From: Trichosphaerium sp. ATCC 40318
Lineage: Eukaryota; Protista; Tubulinea
DNA length: 64,000 nucleotides
Reading direction: 5' to 3'
Assembly (NCBI GenBank): GCA_038496445.1
Contig: JALMLS010000156.1
Location: 62,001-126,000 of the forward strand
Shown: one piece after another, positions 54,610 to 64,000 of the stretch
How the letters are laid out: the number at the start of each line of letters is the position of its first letter
How positions within the stretch are numbered: the stretch's first letter is position 1
Translations under genes and position numbers: made by a program
The notes under the pieces: model-generated
Seen by the model: the letters and a program-made list of their open reading frames with translations, nothing else
Told to the model about the DNA's origin: nothing
Databases searched by the model: none

Positions 54610-55869
54610 ATGACATCCAGCGAAGCTGAGTTACTATCGCTGGGATACGCTTTTAATGACGCTGGAGAGCTACGGCATCGACGTACTAATGAGGAATTTA
54701 CCAAAGGGACTAAACAACAGTACAATCAAATAATATGTTAGTAGAGGTGTATTAGAACCCTTCTAAAATAAAACTAGCTCTAATATCGGCTCACATACAA
54801 GAAGTAATGATACAATCGTATAACCTGCATCCAATACCTACAGTGAAAACACCAGGTACATCAGAAGCATCTAGCAATGAAAATAACGGTTTTTACCAAT
54901 TCAGAAGTATCCTTTCGTAAAGGCTACTCTACTACTTCTCTTGAGCCTTATTATATCAGCAAAAGCCTGTCAACGAGTGTAGAAGACATTGACACAACAT
55001 CTATGACTTTATTGGTTATTTTTAGAGGAGCTGGTCATGGGTTGCGAAGTAACTAGTTTGAATTTGTCTCATTGACTCCTAGAGCTGGTATTTTCTCTGT
55101 GTATGACGCGGTCAATGGTGGTTTGAATAAAGGTTCGATGCTACCACATATACAGAGAGCACACGCAGAGAAATACGAGATGCTTGTGTTGAATCCTAAT
55201 TTAGACCATTATAAGAATGATGCTAGGAACACGTGATTAAATAACTACAATGTTTTTAATTGTAACCAAAATTAGAGTTTATTTAACGCACGCACGTGAC
55301 CTTTGGGAGAAGCACGTTGCACAATTTAAAGGCAAGGTTATAATCTTGGCGTTCAGGTATAATGGCATTGTAACGTTGTTTGTGTTATTTATTTTTATCT
55401 AGTTATGGAGGAGTAATAGTATTGAATTTACTTAGAGACATTGGTAAGTAAATAGCGTATACCCATGCTAAGCGTTGTTTCGAGGTACCTCATTTATGGA
55501 GAACGTTACTCATATAGCATGCGTTGACACTGTACAAGATATTAATAAGCATCTTGGTGTAAGTAGGTTTGTTGCCTCACTGTTATTTTACTTTCTTCAG
55601 GACAATCAAGTGCACAGACAATTATTTGCAGCAAATGCAGTTTTATATAAATCAGGGGATCAACCATTAGGAAGTCTGATAGCAACAGAACATGACGTAT
55701 ATGGGTGCAGGGTATATTCAGTACGTCTGACATAAGTACATATGTATTTTTTACAATTGTTCAGGCCGGGACTACACAACATTCTCTAACTCCTGTCACT
55801 ACGAAAGAACTTGTTTTTGACTACTTCAAATCGAATCGTACATTGATTTCAATGTGTGTACTCTTATAG
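54610..55869 (+). CDS. Arb2 domain / FAM172A-like alpha/beta-hydrolase-fold protein
   Basis: LGYAFNDAGELRH, LLVIFRGAG, GLNKGSMLPHIQRA, LVLNPN, AFSYGG, AGTTQHSLT. Confidence 0.82.
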
Positions 55870-55942
55870 AGTAATGGCAAAACGAATAAACTGTAACAGT
55901 TTTTGTATTGATGTCAAGAAAAAGAAATTTTGCTGTTGTATT

Positions 55943-57029
55943 TTACTTTGTAAGTAGCTCAATTACAGCTTTAACATCAGACAGATCTTCCATTATGGCA
56001 TCTGGATTCTGTTTTTTAAGCTCTTCCATCTTTCCGGAACCAGTACCTACTGCTAATACCTACAACATAATATTAGTCTATTAAAAAAATTGAATGAACG
56101 GTAATCAATCACCTTAATTCCATTCTTCTTTGCACATTCGATGTCCCTATAGTAGCATTGATAAACAGGAACATATGTACATATTCGCTGGTATAACAAG
56201 TACCTTAGAGTATCTCCAATGATCCAAACATTACTTCTATCAAAAGTACATGAAAAACTTTTTTCAGTACGTTCTATAGCTATTCTTGGAAGATCATTTC
56301 TATCACCACTGTCACTACCGTAACCTCAATTAATGTCAATACAGAGATTTCGGAATAAGACCTTGCTGTTTGAGTTCAACCCACCTCCTGTTTTAAACAA
56401 TGACAAATCAAATCCTCCTGCTTCAAGCTTCAACTTTCCAGTTGATTCCAAGTTCCCAGTTACAAGACCCTGTAATGTATAAGAGACGTCTACATTGCTT
56501 GATCTTTAGTATGGCATGCCTGGATTACATCTGGACGCTTGTCCATCTCTGCTAGGATCTCTTTTGTTCCTGAACACAAAAACAATCAACTTCTTATTTT
56601 TTTGATATGAAAAAAGTTGTTTGATTTTTTACTTCGTTTGAACTTGGTACCTGGCATTATCGTTATGCGGGATGTCTTTAACTCTTCCCGGGTGTACTCT
56701 GGAAATACTTTCCAAACCTGTGGAAGCAGTTTTGCAATGACATTTTCTTCAAAACCGTATTTTTTAACAATCTCTCTTGAAATAATCGGATCTACGCTTG
56801 TTTTAACGAATTGGAGTGATTTCAACGACGTCACCTGTTTTTCCGCCCATTTTTACTCCGTCGCTTGTCATTGTAACCTTAAATACCTTAGCAAGCGATT
56901 TCGCAAGCGCTCTACCGCCTACAATCATCAAACAAAGTTCAATCAACGGAAAAACAAACCAGCTCCACCAGAGAGCATCAAAGTTCCGTCAATATCCCAA
57001 AGCAATAGTTTTCTTGCCATTTGTGTCAT
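55943..57029 (-). CDS. HAD-superfamily phosphatase (phosphoglycolate phosphatase-like)
   Basis: LWDIDGTL, GLVTGN, GYGSD, IIGDT-RDIECAK; one GC-AG intron (donor GCATGC near 56520). Confidence 0.9.
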
Positions 57030-57224
57030 TGTTACAAATCCTCGCTTGGAGAAATAAATGTCATAAACTTAAGTTGGACTTGCCACTAAACCACTAAAAC
57101 GATCGTTCTTCGCCTAATACAGCTCATAGAAAGGTACAAGCTTACTTTAAAGAAATTCAAAAATAAACAATGTTATGCATGAGTTGTTTATTCTAAGTTA
57201 AAGCAGACGTTTTGTGAACTTATT

Positions 57225-58786
57225 TTACAAATGAGCTATAAACGCAACAATACTTATTAGCAAGAACGAGAGAGTCACTTGAATTCCCGCAGAGTTCGGA
57301 CTGTCTGATGGCGGATTATCAGGTGTTGGGGGTAAGGTAGTTGAATCAGTGGGTGCATCAGTGGCAGGTGCTATAGTGGATGGTTCTGAGAATGTAACTT
57401 TCTCAATTTCATACAGTTCTTGTGTTACAGAGAACAAATAAGCATTCAAGACATAAATGTCGTTCATTCGTGTTGCACATGTTGTAAGCCCACCCTCTAA
57501 AACGTATGTTAGCAATGTAGTTAACCTTAGCGTGACGTACGGACAGTAGAGTTGAATACGCCTGTAACTGAGATTGTTTGAAAATCGTCACTTGTTTCCA
57601 ACCGGTAAACAAAGTTGCTAGTTCCTACAGCAGCAATACCGCCTAGTAAATATTTTAGAATAGTTGCAATTATATTAAAAATGGTCTTGAGTATGCTTCT
57701 ATTTATTACCTGAAGCAGGATCATCACACAAGCCGTCGAAACCGGCAGGAGCATCCCCAATAAATTGAACGTTTGTGATATCAGATGTGTTAGTTAAGGA
57801 AACTCTATATAGTTCACCGGCAGGACGGAATAATGCGACCAACAAAACATCCCCAATAATGTGTATTCCATTAGGACCGATGTTTAATAAATTTGGACTA
57901 CCTAAATGAATGTCACGTGTTTGAAAAAACAAAGGATTTCTTTGCTTTACCTGCCCACTCAGGCCTGAAAATCGTAGTTACTTCTTTCGTTCCAGCTTCA
58001 ATTTTCCATATCTTAGAACCAAGGGAATCTGTTGCATAAATATCACCAGTAGATTCATGCACAACTGTATATCCGTTTAGAAAATGAGGTGCGAGTTTGT
58101 TGTTAAACACAAAAAAACGTGCCCAAATCGTTGCAAAATGGATGCTCATCGCTGCCTGTTAAATTGACTAGTGCCACAAAATCTCCTGTATCTAATTCCC
58201 ATTCGGCTATCTTTACCATACATTAGTGCGAACCAATAATTTAAAGTGAATACACGTACATACGAAGAGCCTGCTACATTTGGAAAACCTTGAAGTACGT
58301 CAAGGTACGAAACACAACCATATACTTTCTTTTCAAAATATTTAGCACAGTAGGTAGTGTTAGCACTTGGTGTACGTTGTTGCTTTCGCTTATGTCAAGA
58401 CCAAGAATTGCAATCCCAGGAAAACCAGGAATAGGCCCATACTCTGTAGTTGTTCTATAAACACCAATTTTTGTTAATTTTCTACAATGTTCTGACGAAT
58501 TCACTATTTCGTACCCATCATCTTGTACCATGTATAAAGTGGAGTTGGTGAGCGACGATATCAAGAAGTTTGAAGAGCTCGACTATACGTGATTAGATAA
58601 AAAAAAACGAAGACATGACGTTTTTTTAGTACCCAATCAATACCTTCAGGTGAAATGACTGTTCCCATTGCTGTAATCCTGGAAAAGTTTTAGTCTACGT
58701 CTAGTGTAGTTTTATTCGTACACTTGTGTATGAGCTAAATATACCAAAGCAATAAAACAAGCCAGGAAGAGATGTTGAGTTGCCAT
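57225..58786 (-). CDS. GPI-anchored SMP-30/gluconolactonase-like six-bladed beta-propeller protein
   Basis: Signal peptide, PEGIDW, GDIYATDS, GPNGI, GFDGL; Pro/Thr/Ser stalk and hydrophobic C-terminus after NSAG. Confidence 0.8.
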
Positions 58787-59015
58787 CTTTGTTGGATAAT
58801 GCATGTCAAACTAATTCAAAAAAAAAAAGATGAAGAGGAATACTTTCCGAGGAAGGTTTTAAGAGTTTATAACGGTGAATGCTATTGTCAAAGAACCTTA
58901 TTGTCTTGATGATGAAAACCAACGTCAGCAAAACCTTACAGCGGATGAAATGGCGGACCGGGCAAACCTGTAGCATGCACTATTTGTAACGCTAAGAATT
59001 GTCCGAATCATTCAA

Positions 59016-60989
59016 TTCAGTTCAATTTCTATCATTACTTAGCTTTGTAGCTGACTTAACCAAATATCTAACTACGGAAATCTCAAGCTGAATTTGATCA
59101 GCCTGACATTATCTGAAACAAGGCTTAAGGCATTTTAATTTGCATTGTATCTATTGTGAGCGAACCAAAGTCTATTGAGGTCGTTAATCTATGCGAATGG
59201 TTGCCAAAAGGTAAACTAGGTAACGGAAAGTGCTTGTATATTCTATGGGTCACAACGAGTTGATGAGCCATGCTTACGAGTTTTCAACTGTGATCGCTGT
59301 TGTGGTGTGGAACCAGCTTGAAAGAGCTATGTAAGTATTGTGAATCTAAGAGGTACACGTTATGGCTCTTGCTAATGCATTAGAGTCCGCCAAAGAAAGG
59401 CAAACGCTATTTTGAACTGAAAGCGCGCCAAAAAGGTTACAATGGCATTGCAGTTATATGACTATGTCTTATATTACATACAAGCCTGTTTGAGAGCTAA
59501 AGTCAACAGAAAATCGCTAACGGTACGATCACGTTTTTTTGAAACCGAAAAGGCAGGTAACAGGTTCAAACCGTCACCAACGCTATGATTCATTTACATT
59601 ATAAAATTGAGGCACGTTTTGAGTGACAAGAGCTTGAGGGAAGCTACAACAGAGAGATCAACCTTTTTTCGGATCAGAACAACACAAAAACACCTTACTT
59701 TACATTAATAACATACCGCCAGTAAATAAAGCTTGATTACGCAAATTCTCGGTTCTTCGGATTCTTATTATTTTGTATTGACTTTCTATCCATTATAAAT
59801 ATAGACTAGTATCAAAATACGCGTAGAAGACACCACATGGGAACGCAGAAACCACTGTAAGTTGCATTAAACTATTTTTTCGAATTTCACATTTGTTTCT
59901 AACAAGCCACTCCCGATTTACTTCATAACTCCACATCTTAAAACCAAGCATCAAAATCCGGATATCTGGCTACCGATTGGACTTGATATGCTTATATTAC
60001 CGTGTACAGCACACTTCAGTTCAATTTCTATCATTACTTAGCTTTGTAGCTGACTTAACCAAATATCTAACTACGGAAATCTACTTGGTTAAAAGCAAAA
60101 TGTATTTTTTGACAAGTGCTTAAGGCATTTTAATTTGCAACTATTGTGAGCGAACCAAAGTCTTTGAGGTGTTAATCTATGCGAATGGTGCCAAAAGGTA
60201 AACTAGGTAACGGAAAGTGCTTGTATATTCTATGGGTCACAACGAGTTGATGAGCCATGCTTACGAGTTTTCAACTGTGATCGCTGTTGTGGTGTGGAAC
60301 CAGCTTGAAAGAGCTATGTAAGATTGTGAATCTAAGAGGTCTCTTGCTAATGCATTAGAGTCCGCCAAAGAAAGGCAAACGCTATTTTGAACTGAAAGCG
60401 CGCCAAAAAGGTTACAATGGCATTGCAGTTATATGACTATGTCTTATATTACATACAAGCCTGTTTGAGAGCTAAAGTCAACAGAAAATCGCTAACGGTA
60501 CGATCACGTTTTTTTGAAACCGAAAAGGCAGGTAACAGGTTCAAACCGTCACCAACGCTATGATTCATTTACATTATAAAATTGAGGCACGTTTTGAGTG
60601 ACAAGAGCTTGAGGGAAGCTACAACAGAGAGATCAACCTTTTTTCGGATCAGAACAACACAAAAACACCTTACTTTACATTAATAACATACCGCCAGTAA
60701 ATAAAGCTTGATTACGCAAATTCTCGGTTCTTCGGATTCTTATTATTTTGTATTGACTTTCTATCCATTATAAATATAGACTAGTATCAAAATACGCGTA
60801 GAAGACACCACATGGGAACGCAGAAACCACTGTAAGTTGCATTAAACTATTTTTTCGAATTTCACATTTGTTTCTCAACAAGCCACTCCCGATTTACTTC
60901 ATAACTCCACATCTTAAAACCCAGCATCAAAATCCGTTTATCTACTACCGATTGGACTTGATATGCTTATATTACCGTGTACAGCACAC
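59016..60989. repeat. Direct tandem duplication of about 1 kb non-coding DNA (59016-60014 and 60015-60989)
   Basis: Both units start TTCAGTTCAATTTCTATC and end GTACAGCACAC; the central ~600 bp is essentially identical. Confidence 0.95.
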
Positions 60990-61127
60990 TGGACCGGTTT
61001 TCTCAAAAACCGTAGCAAACCACAATTTTTTTGCAACAAGAAATTACTTGGTTAAAAGCAAAATGTATTTTTTTACTAGTGGAAGCATAAGAATACTACA
61101 ACTATAATATCTATACTTCTGCTTGAC

Positions 61128-61397
61128 ATGTCAAGACTACTCCGAGCAGTGCGAAAGTACGCTCGTAAAAAATATGATTCTCTCCTGGGCAGACCATTAG
61201 TGATTAAAGTCACGGTCACAGTCCCTAAAAGCATCCTGGTTCACACCAGACCAAACTACACCTACGCTCTGACTTGGGACCCACAGGTAGAAGACCTCTA
61301 CTACCCACCTACAGGCGTATCAAATATCATAATGATATCCAGCTATGACACAGATCTAGCAAAAATGGCATTCGAAGGCGGAAGCCCAAGAATGTGA
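61128..61397 (+). CDS. Intronless orphan ORF (89 aa) directly followed by an A-rich tail
   Basis: ATG..TGA; A/C-rich composition unlike the flanks; no family recognised. Confidence 0.35.
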   Translation: MSRLLRAVRKYARKKYDSLLGRPLVIKVTVTVPKSILVHTRPNYTYALTWDPQVEDLYYPPTGVSNIIMISSYDTDLAKMAFEGGSPRM

Positions 61398-61499
61398 AAA
61401 AAAAAAACAAACCAAAAAAAAAAAAAAAAAAAACCAAAAAAAAACCAAAAAAAAAACCAAAAAAAAAACAAAAAAAAAACCAAAAAAAACCCAAAAAAA
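61397..61499 (+). repeat. A-rich simple repeat, approximately (A7-9CC)n
   Basis: About 100 bp composed only of A and C. Confidence 0.95.
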
Positions 61500-63446
61500 T
61501 TTTGCTAGAAAATCCTTTACAACACCGAGCGTTTGTAGTACTAACCTTTAAATGATAGGTTCAACTGCTATCTATCTATATCTCCATTATGCCTCCATAT
61601 CAGAAGTGACAAGTGGTTTTTTTGGAGCGAAGCTGCGTGTGGAAGCTACTGATATCCTGTCAGCAACAAATGTAAACTTGAATAAAGTGTCCAAGTTCAA
61701 TATCGGTTTTCTTTATTTTCCTTTCTTTTGAACTTCTTACAAAGACCCAAACAACACTTTAACTGCCGCAGCTGCACTCAACACGACATACAAATTTGAT
61801 TATAATTACACTTGTGATGATAATATTCACTATTTTTTATATCAGTGGTTGCACCGTTATTTCTCGATTGCGTTCATTGAATGTTTCGAGAGTACAGTGT
61901 GCTTCGAGTTGTCCTGTGTCTCAATATATCTTTCGTACTATATGCACTATGATGTATCTTACTTTTATACAGGTATCTAACAATTAGATTCACGCGTTCT
62001 TGTTGATCTACAATACCAGATTGGAGGAGAGAATACGTCTCACTCAGCTTCAATCCCCTGGATCACGTAGCCAGAGACCCTTCTCATGTATTAAATTGGA
62101 GTTATTTCTTGTACATATACAACAAATTACATAAATCAATTGAAACATTCAATCAATCAACACAAAAACTTTTTGAATCGTAATCTGCCATTGTATAGAA
62201 CTGCTACTTGCTGATGTTGTTTTACGATACTACCGTACTTAAACAACTACCTCTCACTTATCAAACGCCAGTAAAATACTTATTTATACTGTCATTTTTT
62301 TGAAAAGAGACCAGTTTCTTAAAATGGAAATAGTCTTCAAATCCAGTTGTCACTTTCTCCGCTTTTGATTGGCAATGAAACAAACGTCTGAACAGCTTTA
62401 CATAGTCTCAACACATTAAAATACATCTACATACCTCACATGGAATAATTATGAGCGTAGTAGTTGCGGTATGGGTTTTTTCGCCTGAAAGCGTTTATTT
62501 CACTATAAAACGCTGTAAAACACGGGATAAAGCCTTGTTGGCTTCGCAATTGTGATTCTAATACTATCATCGATCTATTTCGCTGGTATTTGTCCCACTA
62601 ATGATAAATCAATTGTGAGTGCGTGCAAAAAGGTCAGAATGGACAAATACTCATTTGGGTACTAAGTAATTCAAAATCTTATTTCAAAATCAAGAAAAAA
62701 ATGTGTTTGCTTACCTTTACCTAGTACGACTCTGTCTGGTTGTATACTGGGAATAGGATCATCCATACATGGCTGCTTACCTTTCAACCGACATCATACT
62801 AAATTCACTTTTCCAAAGGTACACCAGAAAAAAGCGAGATTGCTTATTCTTTGCTGTTGAGAGGTTCTTTATTATGTTCAGTTGCAAACTGGGCTAACTT
62901 GATTAGTTCATCTTTGGCGTTGTTGCATCTAATTACCTTGTTACCTCTGGTATAGGTACTATTCAATATAAGGTTTGGTCTATCCATGAAAAGGGAGGTA
63001 CATTACCATCAGGCACTCTTGTTCGTATTTACTACGTACGCACCCAAAATTCTCACTATGTACTTATTTTGTCACTATCCTCACCTTTTTCCTAGATGTT
63101 GATCGCTTTCAATGCCTTAGCAAGTTCATTAATGAGCGGTTTACAAGCAAGCCTTCATTTATTTGAAGCATCAGGAGAACTAGATGACAACTCGCCGCCT
63201 TATATTGCCATGATGGCTGCAAAAAAAACCGTTTAAAAATGTACCAATAAATCCTGCTGTAATTTTCCCAACAACTCAAACACCCTTGCAAACAGATCTG
63301 TTTCTTGTATAGCTTTTTATTATTCATTACATTGAGGCTTTGTACTTTTATAAACCATTCACTAGCGATGGAAAAAACACTTTGCTTGAATTAAATTGAC
63401 TTGTTAAAAGTTAAGGGGTTCTACTGAGTCTCAAGTCACTATATTC

Positions 63447-64000
63447 ATATAGTAATAATAGTACCATCAGGAGCCCATTCCTGTACTTCTCCTTTGAAGA
63501 ATCCATCATTCACAACACCTGATGTACATAGCTGGCATTCTCATACCACTCTTTTACCATGCCATGCGGTCTAACGTCGAAGAATGTATGCTCGCTCTTC
63601 TTTTTACCATTTGTATGGTATTTTGTCTCGATGGCGCGACGCTTACCTTGCCACATGAACCTTTTAACAGAGCTAGTTGACCATCGAATACCAAGCTTTA
63701 CAAATACCTTCCCGTAAACCGCCTTTGAACAGACATTCTTCTCCAAGTTGTCCGTTCTCACACCACTGTTTATACTCTCCTTCTATTTCCCATTTTTATG
63801 ACATGTACGAGTATTCAACTGACCGCTCTCGTAAAACTGTTTGTGTTCGCGTTCCTCTTTATCATTTTCAAAAAAGATTGAACCTTTAATTGCCATTGTT
63901 GTGATATGTTTTGAACACACTGTTGCGCTTATTATTTTTACACGAGCATGCAGTACTTATTCTACCATTATCGTGCCATTTGTACCATACAGATTTGTTT
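63447..64000 (-). pseudogene. Frameshifted MORN-variant repeat gene (5' end beyond window)
   Basis: Repeats KWHDNGR, KQFYESGQL, EGEYKQWCENGQL, PHGMVKEWYEN and GEVQEWAPDG lie in different frames with stops. Confidence 0.75.

Noticed and set aside
59016-60989. LTR pair of a retrotransposon
   Set aside because: The copies are directly adjacent, with no internal gag/pol, no TG..CA termini and no PBS.
61397-61499. Telomeric repeat
   Set aside because: Irregular unit length, short, and internal.
1-64000. CRISPR arrays, operons or prokaryotic defence systems
   Set aside because: The sequence is intron-rich eukaryotic DNA and no repeat-spacer arrays were seen.

Overview
This is AT-rich (roughly one-third GC), gene-dense eukaryotic genomic DNA. 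It has many short spliceosomal introns (donors GTACGT/GTATGT/GTAAGT, some GC donors) and uses the standard genetic code. The gene repertoire (Grl-type class C GPCR, cAMP-receptor-like GPCR, MORN-variant and F-box proteins, bacterial-like secreted proteins) suggests a free-living protist, possibly amoebozoan (inference). About 25 genes were reconstructed by manually joining exons, so CDS coordinates are gene spans including introns. They include ELL, PP2C, ankyrin, ArfGAP, ARM, GH-A-clan hydrolase, SDR, a giant class C GPCR, F-box proteins, prenylcysteine oxidase, an FSP1/AIFM2-NmrA fusion, JmjC, DeSI/PPPDE, propeller proteins, a CAR-like GPCR, TVP15, Arb2/FAM172A and a HAD phosphatase. The most notable signals are: (1) a MORN-variant repeat family with three loci, one carrying a spliced-on mitochondrial-type presequence and about 17 near-identical 24-aa repeats with a few hypervariable positions; (2) a strong window-wide excess of the (RT)CACGTG E-box/CDEI motif, often inside introns; (3) a class C GPCR whose Venus flytrap is replaced by a pentraxin/LamG/Ig-like adhesion-type ectodomain; (4) a surface protein resembling bacterial PEP-CTERM proteins; (5) 60-140 bp bidirectional promoters. 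Family assignments come from recalled motifs, not database searches.
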